The position numbers and the translations under genes are program-made. The notes beneath the pieces were generated by a model. It saw only the letters and a program-made list of their open reading frames with translations. It had not been told where the DNA came from and searched no databases. Positions 9,093 to 18,750 of a stretch of DNA of 64,000 nt are shown piece by piece; the stretch's first letter is position 1, and each line of letters starts with the position of its first letter. Origin of the DNA: an uncultured Actinomycetes bacterium (GTDB lineage Bacteria > Actinomycetota > Thermoleophilia > Gaiellales > Gaiellaceae). The stretch covers positions 19,306 through 83,305 of the forward strand of contig CAWDSD010000026.1 of NCBI GenBank assembly GCA_963804935.1. The letters run 5' to 3'.

Positions 9093-10172
9093 TCAGCTCG
9101 ACAGAGCGCCGACCAGGCGCTCGACGTCCTCCTCGTTGTTCCACCACCCGCACGACGCGCGGAGCCACCCGGTTCCCGGGAGGTCGCGCACGACGACGCC
9201 GGCCTCGTAGAGCCGCGCCGCCTCCGCCGACGCCTCGCCGGCCGGGACGAACGAGACCAGCGTCGCGGTTCCGTCACCCACCACGTCGTAGCGCTCGCGC
9301 AGCGCGCTGCGACAGAGCTCGGCGATCTCGGCCGCGCGGTCGTGGCGCCAGTCGGGCGCGCCTTCGAGCGCCGCCTGAAGCCCTGCGAGCGACGGCGCCG
9401 CGAGCCAACCGGAGTCGAAACGCCCAGCACCCTCCGCGGGGACGAACGTCCCGTCGGGTTCGATCGACTTCTGGGCGAAGTAGCTCGGGATCGCAACGTC
9501 GAGGCCATCAGGGTCGCGCACGAACAACGCCCCGAGCGGCTCGGGGCCGCAGAGCCACTTCTGGCAGGAGACCGTGTAGTAGTCGAGGTCGCCGACGTCG
9601 ACGGGAATTGCGCCCACCGACTGCGCACCGTCGACAAGTAAAGGCAGCCCGCTCTCGCGCTTCAGCTCGTGCACCGGCATCACCTGCCCCGTTGTCCAGA
9701 GGACGTGCGAGAGGGCGATCAGCTTCGTGTGCGGTGTGACGGAGGACATGATCGTGTCGAGCGCTTCTGAGGTCGGGCGTCCCGCAACCTCGGCGACGCG
9801 CACCGCCGCCCCCGAGACATTGAGCGGCAAGAGCAGGCCTGGATGCTCGGAGTCGGTGGTGACGATCTCGTCTCCAGGACCGAGCTCGAGTCCCGACGCA
9901 ACGATGTTGCACGCGTCGGTCGTCGAGCTGGTGAGCGCGATGCGGTCCGGCGTCGCGCCGACCAGAGTTGCCAGCTGCTCGCGGATCGTGGCACGCAACG
10001 CGAGCACGCTCTCGAACCAGGCCTTTCCGCCTCGCCCCTGGCCCTGGTCGAAGCGCAGACGCTCCTCCAACGCGGCGAGGGTGGAACGTGACAGCGGGCC
10101 GAGCGTGCCCGCGTTGAGATACGCGAAACGCTCGAGCACCGGGAACTCGGCGCGGGCCTCCTCGAAGGTCAT
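9093..10172 (-). CDS. class V aminotransferase-fold PLP-dependent enzyme
   Basis: FPVLERFAYLNAGTLGP, HVLWTTGQV, VDGAQSVG and YTVSCQKWLCGP (PLP Lys). ATG at 10172 overlaps the upstream stop (ATGA). Confidence 0.8.
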   Translation of the reverse strand: MTFEEARAEFPVLERFAYLNAGTLGPLSRSTLAALEERLRFDQGQGRGGKAWFESVLALRATIREQLATLVGATPDRIALTSSTTDACNIVASGLELGPGDEIVTTDSEHPGLLLPLNVSGAAVRVAEVAGRPTSEALDTIMSSVTPHTKLIALSHVLWTTGQVMPVHELKRESGLPLLVDGAQSVGAIPVDVGDLDYYTVSCQKWLCGPEPLGALFVRDPDGLDVAIPSYFAQKSIEPDGTFVPAEGAGRFDSGWLAAPSLAGLQAALEGAPDWRHDRAAEIAELCRSALRERYDVVGDGTATLVSFVPAGEASAEAARLYEAGVVVRDLPGTGWLRASCGWWNNEEDVERLVGALSS

Positions 10173-11008
10173 GCAACCTCCCGTTCGACCGGCGCGTGAT
10201 CCGAGAGCACCTTGCCGTCGAGCAGGCGCCGTTCTTTCGGCCAGACGCTCGGTTCGCCCGCTTCGAGTCCGCGAACGAGAACATGATCGATCCCGGTCGG
10301 AGTAGGGCCGTCGAACCCCCACTCCGGCGCGGTCAGATCGACGAGCATCCGGGAGTTGCGCACGCTGAGGTTGAAGTCGCCGCACAGGAGCAGCGGTTCG
10401 TCAGGTTGCGCCAGTCCGTCGACGAACACTGCCCCGCGCAGGAGCTCGGCGTCGGGAATGCGCTTGTCGCGTGAACCGGTCACGTGCATGTTCGCGATCA
10501 CGAGCGTCTCGTCGCCCCTGCGAACACGCACGGCCTGCAGGACACGGCGTTCCTTCCCCCAGGCGAGTCTCGAAACGAGGCCGAGCCCGAGACGGAGGGC
10601 CTGGGCCCGTCGGAAGCGAAACGGGTTCAGGATCACGTGGCGGGACTCCACCACACGGAGCGCCGGCCCGAGCAGGATCGCGTTCGCCTGCCCGGTGAAG
10701 GCAGAGCGCAGCAGCCCGTGGTCGAGCTCGGTGACGATCCTTCCCACCTCGGCGGTCGAGGGGAACGGCCCGAAGGTCGGGCGCTGGGCGACGATGCCGA
10801 CGGCCGTCAGCCCACTCCAGTCGTCGAGCTCGTCGAGCGCCCAGACCGGCACCTCTTGTAGGCAGAGCACGTCGGGGCGGTCGCTGCTCGCGAGCCGCAC
10901 CATCTCCCTGAGGAACGCCTTCCTGGCCGGCGGCAGCGTGTTCCCGTGGAAGAGGTTCCAGGTCCGGACAAGCAGGCGTTCTACTGTACTGCGGATGCGC
11001 GTCGTCAT
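10169..11008 (-). CDS. endonuclease/exonuclease/phosphatase (EEP) family protein
   Basis: LLVRTWNLFHGN, DVLCLQEV, LLCGDFN and LSDHAPV motifs. Start is ATG 11008 or GTG 11029, both overlapping the divergent GT4 start. Confidence 0.7.
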   Translation of the reverse strand: MTTRIRSTVERLLVRTWNLFHGNTLPPARKAFLREMVRLASSDRPDVLCLQEVPVWALDELDDWSGLTAVGIVAQRPTFGPFPSTAEVGRIVTELDHGLLRSAFTGQANAILLGPALRVVESRHVILNPFRFRRAQALRLGLGLVSRLAWGKERRVLQAVRVRRGDETLVIANMHVTGSRDKRIPDAELLRGAVFVDGLAQPDEPLLLCGDFNLSVRNSRMLVDLTAPEWGFDGPTPTGIDHVLVRGLEAGEPSVWPKERRLLDGKVLSDHAPVEREVA

Positions 11009-12041
11009 CTCCGACCCTCCGGCCTTCACGCCGGCCTACGACCATGAGCTCGCCGCGTCCCTCGCCCGGCAGGGTGTGGACGTCGAGCTCGTCACGTCGC
11101 GCTTCCGCTTCGGCGAGACGCCGGAGCCGGACGGCTACCGCCGAAGCGAGCTCTTCTACCCGTTGTCCTCGCGAGTCTTCAAGCGGTCGAGGCTCCGTCT
11201 GCCGTTGAAGGCCGCAGAGCACGTCCCGGGCACGGCCGCTCTCCTCCACCGCCGGCCCGACGTGCTGCACATGCAATGGCTCGCGGCTCCCGAGCTCGAC
11301 CGTGCGCTCTTCAGGCCGCGCGTCCCGGCGGTGTTCACCGCCCATGACCTCTTGCCACGCCGCACGGCGGCGAAGAGCGCGCTCTGGCGCAAGCTGCTCG
11401 CACGCTTCGACCGCGTCATCGTCCACAGCGAACACGGCCGGCAGAGCCTCGGCGCGCTCGGCGTCGAAGCAGTGGTGATCCCGCATCCTGTCTTTCCGAG
11501 CGATCCGCCACGCGACGACGACGGACGCACGCTCCTGTGCCTCGGAACGATCCGTCCCTACAAGGGTCTCGGCGACGCGATTGCGGCGACGAAGCTGATC
11601 GACGGCGCCCATCTGCTCGTCGCAGGCGACCCGATCGAGCCCGTGAACGGTTATCGCAGCGCTGCGGGCGAGCTCGCCGAATGGCGGCTCGGGTATCTCT
11701 CGCGCGCGGAGCTCGAGCAGGCGCTCGGGCAAGCGACCGTCGCACTTTTCCCCTATCGACCCGAGCTCGACCAGAGCGGCGCGCTCCTGCAGACGCTCGG
11801 CGCCGGGGTGCCCGCAGTGGCCTACGACGTCGCGGGCATCGCGGAGCCGGTCGAGCGATTCGGCGCCGGCCGCGTCGTCCCGGCGGGCGACATCGAGGCG
11901 CTCGCGGCTGCTGCGCGTGAACTGCTGGAGAGCTCCATCGCACTCGAGGCCGCACGAGCCGGGGCGCGGCGGGCTCGCGAGGCGCTGACCTGGGACGCAG
12001 CCGCCACAGCGCACCTCGAGCTCTACCGTGAGCTGACATGA
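10995..12041 (+). CDS. GT4-family (GT-B fold) glycosyltransferase
   Basis: Real coding part of ORF 10356..12041 begins at MRVVISDPPAFTPAYDHELAASLARQG. C-terminal FPYRPELDQSGALLQTLGAGVPAV is typical of the Glycos_transf_1 domain. Confidence 0.8.
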   Translation: MRVVISDPPAFTPAYDHELAASLARQGVDVELVTSRFRFGETPEPDGYRRSELFYPLSSRVFKRSRLRLPLKAAEHVPGTAALLHRRPDVLHMQWLAAPELDRALFRPRVPAVFTAHDLLPRRTAAKSALWRKLLARFDRVIVHSEHGRQSLGALGVEAVVIPHPVFPSDPPRDDDGRTLLCLGTIRPYKGLGDAIAATKLIDGAHLLVAGDPIEPVNGYRSAAGELAEWRLGYLSRAELEQALGQATVALFPYRPELDQSGALLQTLGAGVPAVAYDVAGIAEPVERFGAGRVVPAGDIEALAAAARELLESSIALEAARAGARRAREALTWDAAATAHLELYRELT

Positions 12042-12352
12042 GACTCAGGCGCGTGCGTTTCGCCGACCTGATCGAGCGGCAGCTCGATCTGTTCGAGCGC
12101 GAGCAACGCGGTCTCATCGAGGACTGCATCGCCGCCGAGCGTTCCTACAACCGGGCCGAGCGCGGCGAAGCGGAAGAACGCTACGGCGACTACGTCGACC
12201 TCGTCGAGACGGCAACCGAGGTGCTTGCCGACCTTCGCGACAACTTCGCGTCGACCCTCGACGACGACGCGGCTGAGGAGTACGAGCAGGCGTTCAACCG
12301 CGAAGTCCTCCGACGCTTCCGCCGTTTCGCGCTCGAGATCGAGGATCGCTGA
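12038..12352 (+). CDS. hypothetical acidic helical protein
   Basis: 104-aa ORF with ATGA overlap to the GT4 stop and TGATG overlap to the GH15 start. High GC3. No family recognised. Confidence 0.5.
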   Translation: MRLRRVRFADLIERQLDLFEREQRGLIEDCIAAERSYNRAERGEAEERYGDYVDLVETATEVLADLRDNFASTLDDDAAEEYEQAFNREVLRRFRRFALEIEDR

Positions 12353-14172
12353 TGGCGAGGATCGAGGACTACGGCTTGATCGGTGACCTGCAGACGGCGG
12401 CACTCGTCGGACGTGACGGCTCGATCGACTGGGCGTGCTTTCCGCGCTTCGACTCCGGCGCCTGCTTCGCCGCGATTCTCGGCGACTCCGACCATGGCCG
12501 CTGGATCGTCGCTCCGCGCGTTGATGCCTGGGAGGGCGGCCGCCGCTACCGCCCACACACGCTCGTGCTCGAAACCGAATGGGAGGCTGATACGGGCGCG
12601 GTTCGTGTGATCGACTTCATGCCGCCTCGTGGGAAAGCGCCGGACATCGTGCGCATCGTCGAGGGCGTGCGCGGCCACGTCGACATGATCTCGGAGCTCG
12701 TCATTCGCTTCGACTACGGCGGGACGATCCCCTGGGTCAGGCGGATCGCGGACGCCCGCATCGCGGTTGCGGGGCCGGACGCGCTGTCCTTCCGAACACC
12801 GGTCGAGCACCGCGGCGAGAACATGCGCACGCTCGGAGAGTTCACCGTGCGCAAGGGCGACCGGATCCCGTTCACGCTCACCTGGTACCCGTCGAACGAG
12901 CGACCGCCCCGCGCGATCGATGCCGAGCATGCGCTGGACGAAACGCTGACGTACTGGGAGGACTGGTCGAACCGGTGCCGCTACCGCGGCAAGTGGAAGG
13001 ATGAGGTTCAGGGCTCGCTGGCGGTCCTGAAGGCGCTCACGTACGCGCCGACCGGAGGCATCGTCGCCGCACCGACCACGTCGTTGCCGGAAAAGATCGG
13101 CGGGGAGCGCAACTGGGACTACCGCTACTGCTGGCTCCGCGATGCGACCCTGACGCTCCTCGCATTCCTCAACGCCGGTTATCTCGAGGAGGCGCGTGCC
13201 TGGCGCGTCTGGCTGTTGCGCGCGGCTGCGGGCGATCCGTCTGCGCTTCAGATCATGTACGGCGTCGCCGGTGAGCGGCGATTGTCCGAGCTCACGCTCC
13301 CGTGGCTGCCGGGCTACGAGGGCTCGCAGCCGGTACGCGTCGGAAACGCCGCCGCAGGACAGTTTCAGCTGGACGTCTACGGCGAGGTCCTCGACGCGTT
13401 GCACCAGGCCCGCGTCAACCAGCTCGAGATGTCCAAGGAGGCGTGGTCGTTGCAGCGCCGGCTGCTCGGCTTCCTCGAGCACGCGTGGAAGGAGCCCGAC
13501 GAGGGCATCTGGGAGGTACGCGGGCCGCGGCGGCACTTCACGCACTCGAAGGTGATGGCGTGGGTTGCGTTCGACCGAGGCGTCCAGGCAGTCGAGCGCT
13601 TCGGCCGCTCCGCTCCCGTCGAGCGCTGGCGGAAGATCCGGACCGAGATCCACCGCGAGGTTTGTGAAAAGGGGTTCGACGGAGAGCTCAACTCGTTCAC
13701 GCAGTCGTACGGCTCGAAACGGCTGGACGCGAGCCTGCTGATGATCCCGCTCGTCGGTTTTCTCCCGGCGGACGACCCGCGCATGGTCGGAACGGTCGCG
13801 GCAATCGAGCGTTTCCTCGTGCGCGACAAGCTCGTCTACCGGTACATGCATGATGAAGAGACACGGGCCGTCGACGGGCTGCCGCCCGGCGAGGGCGCGT
13901 TTCTTCCCTGCACCTTCTGGCTCGCCGACAATCTCGCTCTCCAGGGACGGCAGAGCGAGGCCGAGGAGATCTTTCAGCGGCTTCTCGACCTCCGCAACGA
14001 CCTCGGTCTGATCGCGGAGGAATGGGACCCCGAGACCCGCCGGCAGCTCGGAAACTTCCCGCAGGCGTTCACCCACGTCGCGTTGGTGAACACCGCCTTC
14101 AACCTCAGCGCGCACGATGGACGCTCGATCGACCAGCGGGCTCCCGATGAGAAGCCGACGGAGGCCTACTGA
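12352..14172 (+). CDS. glycoside hydrolase family 15 (glucoamylase/trehalase-type)
   Basis: MARIEDYGLIGDLQTAALVGRDGSIDWACFPRFDS N-terminus, NWDYRYCWLRDA, and FPQAFTHVALVN near the C-terminus. Confidence 0.9.
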   Translation: MARIEDYGLIGDLQTAALVGRDGSIDWACFPRFDSGACFAAILGDSDHGRWIVAPRVDAWEGGRRYRPHTLVLETEWEADTGAVRVIDFMPPRGKAPDIVRIVEGVRGHVDMISELVIRFDYGGTIPWVRRIADARIAVAGPDALSFRTPVEHRGENMRTLGEFTVRKGDRIPFTLTWYPSNERPPRAIDAEHALDETLTYWEDWSNRCRYRGKWKDEVQGSLAVLKALTYAPTGGIVAAPTTSLPEKIGGERNWDYRYCWLRDATLTLLAFLNAGYLEEARAWRVWLLRAAAGDPSALQIMYGVAGERRLSELTLPWLPGYEGSQPVRVGNAAAGQFQLDVYGEVLDALHQARVNQLEMSKEAWSLQRRLLGFLEHAWKEPDEGIWEVRGPRRHFTHSKVMAWVAFDRGVQAVERFGRSAPVERWRKIRTEIHREVCEKGFDGELNSFTQSYGSKRLDASLLMIPLVGFLPADDPRMVGTVAAIERFLVRDKLVYRYMHDEETRAVDGLPPGEGAFLPCTFWLADNLALQGRQSEAEEIFQRLLDLRNDLGLIAEEWDPETRRQLGNFPQAFTHVALVNTAFNLSAHDGRSIDQRAPDEKPTEAY

Positions 14173-14173
14173 G

Positions 14174-17100
14174 TCAGCGGTGGCCGAAGTGGTGGGCACT
14201 CGGCAGGCTCGCCCCGACTTCGGACTCCTCCGAGATTCGGCGCGCGAGCGGTCCGAGTGTCTCGAGCGAGCGAACGAGGACGTTCTGGTTGCGCTCGATC
14301 CGTTCGAAGCGTCCTCGCGCGAGGACGAGCGGCTCGCTGCGGACGATTGCTCGGTGCTTGTCGTAGACCGACGGCGGCACGATCAGATTGACCGGGCCGA
14401 ACTCGTCCTCGATCAGCATGAAGACGACGCCGTTCGCAGTCGCGGGCCGCTGGCGTGCGACAGCCATTCCCGCGATCGCCACCTGCGCGCGGTCCGGCGT
14501 GTTCTCGAGGTCGCGAGAGGAGATCACCCCAGCCGGTAGATGCGCACGAAGTAGCTCCATAGGATGTACGCCGACGGACAGGTTCGTCGTGCGGTAATCG
14601 GCGAGCATGCGTTCCCAGACCGTCGGCTCCGGCAGCTCGGGCGTCGCCGTGGTGGGGTCCAGCGGCAGAGCAAGCTGCTTCTCCTCTCCACCCGAGCCGG
14701 GCACGCTCTGCGAGCGCGGTACGAGGCCGAGCTGCCAGAGCAGCTGGCGGCGGGGCAATTCGAAGCAATCGCAGGCGCCTGCGACGATCAGCGTCTCGAG
14801 GCCGTGCGCGGAGAGCTGCGTGCGCTGGGCCAGGTCGCGGACGCTGGCGAACGGTTGCCCCTGTTCTCGCTCGGCGACGACAGCAGCCGCATCTTCTGCA
14901 CCGATTCCGTTCACGTAGTCGATGCCGATGCGGACCGCACCATTTTCGAGCGCACACTTGGCGGCGCTGACGTTCACGTCCGGCGGGCGTGTCTCGACCC
15001 CTCGCCGCTGGCCGTCGCGGACGAGCGTCGCGGGTGGGTAGAAGCCCATTGGTTGAGCGTTCAGGAGCGCGCACAGGAACTCCGCCGGATGGTGGTGTCG
15101 AAGCCACGCCGACTGGTACGCGAGCAGTCCGAACGCTGCGGCATGTGACTTCGGAAAGCCGAAGCCGGAGAAGCCGACGAGCTTGTCGTAGACCATGTCG
15201 GCCGTCTCTCGGTCGACGCCTTTGCGGAGGGCGCCTTCGACGAAGCGCTCACGGTACGCCTCGAGCGCAGCGTGGGAGCGTTTGCGGCTCATCGCGCGGC
15301 GTAGACCTTCGGCCTCCCCCACGCTGAAGCCGGCGAGCGCGATCGCCACGTCGAGCACCTGATCCTGGAAGACGACGACGCCGAGCGTCGAGCGCAGGCA
15401 GTCAGCCAGCAGCGGATGGTCGACCGGCGGAACGAACGCCGCATCCTCGCGAAGCCGCTGGCGATGCTCGATGTAGGGATGGACGGCCTTGCCCTGGATC
15501 GGCCCGGGACGCACGAGAGCGACCTGCACGGTCAGGTCGTCGATGTTCTCCGGACGGGTGCGCAGCAGGCTCTGCATCTGCGCGCGGCTCTCGATCTGGA
15601 AGTCGCCGATCGTGTCGGCGCGCTGGATCTCCTCGTAGACGGCCTTGTCGTCGAGCGGGATCCGCGAAAGGTCGATCGGCGTGCCCTGCAGCCGTGCGAT
15701 CTGGTCGACGCAGTCCTCGACCGCCGAGAGCATCCCGAGCCCGAGCAGGTCGATTTTCAGGAAGCCGGCGTCCGCGCAGGAGTCCTTGTCCCACTGGCAC
15801 ATCTGCCGTCCGGCCATCGCGGCGGGCTGCACGGGGACGAGCTCCACGAGCGGCCGCGAGGAGATCACCATCCCGCCCGGATGCTGGGAGATGTGACGCG
15901 GCAGGCCGGCGATCTCGTGACAGAGCTCACCGAAGGCGCGCCAGCGCGGAGAGAGCAGCTTGCGGTCTGCGTCGGGGAGCTGCTGCAGCTCCTCGGCAAC
16001 GCGCTTCGCGTTCCAGCCTTCAGAGACCCGGGCGATCCGCTCGAGCTCCGCGTAGGGAAGGCCGAGCGCCTTGCCGACGTCACGGATCGCGCCGCGCGAG
16101 CGGTACGTCGAGAACGATGCGACGAGTGCCGCGTGCTCACGTCCGTAGCGCTCGGTGACGGCCACGATCAGCTTCTCACGAATGTCGCGCGGAAAATCGA
16201 GGTCGATGTCCGGAACGGAGTCGAGCTCGCGGTTCAGGAAGCGGCCGAGCGAGAGCTCGGCGCCGACCGGGTCGACGTGCGAGAGACCGGTGAGGTAGCA
16301 GACGAGCGAGCCGACGGAAGAGCCGCGCCCGCGTCCAGGAGGCAGTGAATGTCGCGGTGAGTTGCGCCCGCGCACTTCGAGCGCGCATTCGCGCGCGAGC
16401 TCGAGCACGTCCCAGTGCAGCAGGAAGAAGCCTGCGAGCCCGAGCTCGTCGATCAGCTTCAGCTCCTCTTCGAGTCGCGTGCGCGCTTCGCGGCGGAGCT
16501 TGTGTCCTCTCGGGTAGCGGTCCTCGAACGTGCGATTGCAGACGTGCGCGAGCTGCAAGATCGCGGGCTCGGGACTGTCGGAGAAGTCGGGGTACCTGTA
16601 GCCGAGCTCCTCGGTGAGATCGAACCGGAGCCGGTCGGCGAGCTCGACCGTGAGGGCGACTGCGGCACGATCCTCCGGGAAGCGTTCGACCATCTCCGCC
16701 GACGAGAGCAGGACGCTCTCGTGGTTGCCACGGCGCTCGGCCTCGCAGCCGTCGAGCGAGCTCCGGTGGCGGACGGCGACGAGGACGTCCTGGAGCGCGG
16801 CGCGGCGCAGATTGTGCGCGTGCACGTCTCCCGTGACGATCGTCCGGACTCCGAGCGACGAGGCGAGGTCGCGCAGACCGGCGTTCCTGCGCGCGTCACC
16901 GCGTGCATAGGGACGCTGTAGCTCGACGAAGAACCGTTCGCTGCCGAACGCCTGTGCGAGCCGCGCAGCACCGTTCGGGTTGCGCACCGCGAGGCCGTGG
17001 CGCGCGCAGCCGGACAGGCAGACGAGTCCCTCGTTCAGCTCCTCCAGCAGCTTCTGGTCGAGGGCGGGATCGGCCGGCGGCTGCGTCTCCTTTCCTTCCG

Positions 17101-17401
17101 GCCGCGTGTGAGCATGCGCGGTGGTAATCAGCCGGCAGAGGTTCGCGTAGCCCTTCGCCGTCTCGACAAGGACCGTCACGTGCGAACGGTCGGCAAGCGT
17201 GAGCTCGGCACCGGTGATGGGACGCACGCCGAAGTGCTTTGCTGCGTGCGCGAACTCGAGAGAGCCGTAGACGCCGTCGTGATCCGTGATCGCCAATGCC
17301 GGATAGCCGAGCTCCGCCGCGCGGATCGCCAGCTCCTCCGGCAACGAGGCACCGTCCAGGAACGAATACGACGAGTGCGCGTGCAGCTCGACGTACGGCA
17401 C
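14174..17401 (-). CDS. dnaE2: error-prone DNA polymerase III alpha paralogue DnaE2
   Basis: PHP start VPYVELHAHSSYSFLDGAS and a pol III alpha core throughout. GTG 17401 is preferred because codons 9-41 of the ATG-17524 version have low GC3. The 17524 start cannot be excluded. Confidence 0.9.
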   Translation of the reverse strand: MPYVELHAHSSYSFLDGASLPEELAIRAAELGYPALAITDHDGVYGSLEFAHAAKHFGVRPITGAELTLADRSHVTVLVETAKGYANLCRLITTAHAHTRPEGKETQPPADPALDQKLLEELNEGLVCLSGCARHGLAVRNPNGAARLAQAFGSERFFVELQRPYARGDARRNAGLRDLASSLGVRTIVTGDVHAHNLRRAALQDVLVAVRHRSSLDGCEAERRGNHESVLLSSAEMVERFPEDRAAVALTVELADRLRFDLTEELGYRYPDFSDSPEPAILQLAHVCNRTFEDRYPRGHKLRREARTRLEEELKLIDELGLAGFFLLHWDVLELARECALEVRGRNSPRHSLPPGRGRGSSVGSLVCYLTGLSHVDPVGAELSLGRFLNRELDSVPDIDLDFPRDIREKLIVAVTERYGREHAALVASFSTYRSRGAIRDVGKALGLPYAELERIARVSEGWNAKRVAEELQQLPDADRKLLSPRWRAFGELCHEIAGLPRHISQHPGGMVISSRPLVELVPVQPAAMAGRQMCQWDKDSCADAGFLKIDLLGLGMLSAVEDCVDQIARLQGTPIDLSRIPLDDKAVYEEIQRADTIGDFQIESRAQMQSLLRTRPENIDDLTVQVALVRPGPIQGKAVHPYIEHRQRLREDAAFVPPVDHPLLADCLRSTLGVVVFQDQVLDVAIALAGFSVGEAEGLRRAMSRKRSHAALEAYRERFVEGALRKGVDRETADMVYDKLVGFSGFGFPKSHAAAFGLLAYQSAWLRHHHPAEFLCALLNAQPMGFYPPATLVRDGQRRGVETRPPDVNVSAAKCALENGAVRIGIDYVNGIGAEDAAAVVAEREQGQPFASVRDLAQRTQLSAHGLETLIVAGACDCFELPRRQLLWQLGLVPRSQSVPGSGGEEKQLALPLDPTTATPELPEPTVWERMLADYRTTNLSVGVHPMELLRAHLPAGVISSRDLENTPDRAQVAIAGMAVARQRPATANGVVFMLIEDEFGPVNLIVPPSVYDKHRAIVRSEPLVLARGRFERIERNQNVLVRSLETLGPLARRISEESEVGASLPSAHHFGHR

Positions 17402-17535
17402 CGCGGACGCTCGCTCCCGTCGGGCCCGGGCAGCAGGTGCGCGCTCCGAGCGGCTGCCTTCAAGAGGGAAGCGTTCTTTCTTGCGAGTTCGATGTGGAAA
17501 CTCGGGCTGGAGCTCGATCGTCATACTCGGCCGTG

Positions 17536-18294
17536 ATGGACGGAGTCGTGCTCAGGCCGGGCGAAGGCGAGTCGTTGTTCGACGGCCGGATCGTGATCAA
17601 GGCCGACTTCGAGCAGCTCTGCATCACCGAATCGCATTTCGACTCCGCGAGAGACGGAGCGAGCCCGCACTTCCACCGGCAGCACGCGGATTCGTTCTAC
17701 GTCCTCGAGGGTGGGCTCGCAGTTCTGGTCGTGGACGACGAAAAGCTGCTCTCGGCGAACGCTTTCGCCTCTGCACCGCCCAAGGTCGTGCACGGCTTCA
17801 GGACCACGTCTCCCGCTCGCTTCCTCAACTTCCACACTCCGGACGGCGGATTCGCAGGAAATCTCCAGGCACGAGATCGCGGAGAGCCGGGAGGCTTCGA
17901 CAGCTTCGACGCGCCGGCCGGAAGCGGCCCCCCGGGAACCGACGCCGTTTTCCTCGGCCCTGGCGAAGGGGAACGGCTCGAGGGGACTACGCGGATTGCG
18001 ACCATCAAGGTCGGGCGCGAAGAGCTCGCCCTGATCGAGTTCGAGCTCGAGCCGGGCTTCGTGGGGCCGGACCCGCACAGCCACGACGACCACATCGACT
18101 CCTTCTACGTGCTCGACGGCGAGCCCGAGTTCTTGGTCGGCGGTGAAACGCTTCGCCTCGGTTCCGGCTCTTTCGTCGCCGCGCCGCTCGGAGCCGTGCA
18201 CGCGTTTTCGAACCCGGGGCCGGACCGCGCGCGACTGCTCAACATCCATGCGCCGAGCGTCGGCTTCCACGAGTGGCTGCGGACGGTGAGCTAA
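17536..18294 (+). CDS. bicupin (two cupin_2 domains) protein
   Basis: Two repeats of PHFHRQHADSFYVLEGG / PHSHDDHIDSFYVLDGE with VHGF / VHAF strands. ATG at 17536. Confidence 0.75.
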   Translation: MDGVVLRPGEGESLFDGRIVIKADFEQLCITESHFDSARDGASPHFHRQHADSFYVLEGGLAVLVVDDEKLLSANAFASAPPKVVHGFRTTSPARFLNFHTPDGGFAGNLQARDRGEPGGFDSFDAPAGSGPPGTDAVFLGPGEGERLEGTTRIATIKVGREELALIEFELEPGFVGPDPHSHDDHIDSFYVLDGEPEFLVGGETLRLGSGSFVAAPLGAVHAFSNPGPDRARLLNIHAPSVGFHEWLRTVS

Positions 18295-18516
18295 GTGGCC
18301 AAGGCCGTGTACCTCACGCTTGTGCCGACCGAATACGAGGCGGACATCCTTTGCGCGCTCCTTCGAACCGAAGGAATCGAGTGCGAGCAGCGTCGAACCA
18401 ACCTCGGTGTCGGCACGATGGACGGCATGCCGGGAGGTGGCCCTCTGGAGATCTTCGTTGCGGAGCAGGACCTCGCGCGAGCGCAGGAAATTCTGGCGGC
18501 GTCTGGCGCCGACTAG
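18295..18516 (+). CDS. DUF2007-like small protein (putative signal-transducing fold)
   Basis: 73 aa, GTG start directly after the bicupin stop. The EYEADILCALLRTEGIEC ... VAEQDLARAQEIL pattern resembles DUF2007. Confidence 0.6.
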   Translation: MAKAVYLTLVPTEYEADILCALLRTEGIECEQRRTNLGVGTMDGMPGGGPLEIFVAEQDLARAQEILAASGAD

Positions 18517-18523
18517 TCGTTCT

Positions 18524-18730
18524 CTAGGCTCCCCGCTGGGTGAACCAGCAGCTGCGCTCCTCGTCGCGAAAGACAACGGCGTTCTCCCCTGACTGCAACA
18601 CCACTTCGAAGTAACGCCGGGACACCGGCTCCTCCGTCCACCACCGATCGACGACGCGCCATTCCTCACGCACGAGCTCGACCGGTAAACGGTTCACTCG
18701 TATCGGCGTTCCGTCGACACGAGCTTCCAC
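18524..18730 (-). CDS. small Trp-rich protein downstream of imuB (DUF6504-like, from memory)
   Basis: C-terminal part of ORF 18524..19066 reads VEARVDGTPIRVNRLPVELVREEWRVVDRWWTEEPVSRRYFEVVLQSGENAVVFRDEERSCWFTQ. GTG at 18730 is the only usable start found after the imuB stop. Confidence 0.4.
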   Translation of the reverse strand: MEARVDGTPIRVNRLPVELVREEWRVVDRWWTEEPVSRRYFEVVLQSGENAVVFRDEERSCWFTQRGA

Positions 18731-18750
18731 GACCGCCGCGCGCGGCTCGT

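Noticed and set aside
10995-11029. Divergent overlap of the EEP and GT4 start codons (14-35 nt) as a regulatory feature.
   Set aside because: The EEP start (ATG 11008 or GTG 11029) is not secure and no downstream in-frame start codon could be confirmed. The overlap may simply reflect start-codon uncertainty.
12190-14199. Very long ORFs antisense or out of frame to recognised genes. Examples: 12190..14199(-), 85..960(+), 5053..6243(+), 7177..8760(+), 10401..12014(-), 17521..18669(-), 23516..24835(-), 60394..62307(-), 8609..9739(+).
   Set aside because: Their translations are Arg/Ala/Pro/Gly-rich low-complexity strings with no family resemblance, while the opposite strand or another frame encodes a full-length recognisable protein. 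Such shadow ORFs are expected at about 70% GC.
17402-17535. LexA box upstream of dnaE2, and likewise upstream of recN (48608..48773).
   Set aside because: Both regions were scanned on both strands for GAAC-N4-GTTC. Only GAAGCGTTC and GTTC-N6-GAAA near-misses were found, so no box is called.
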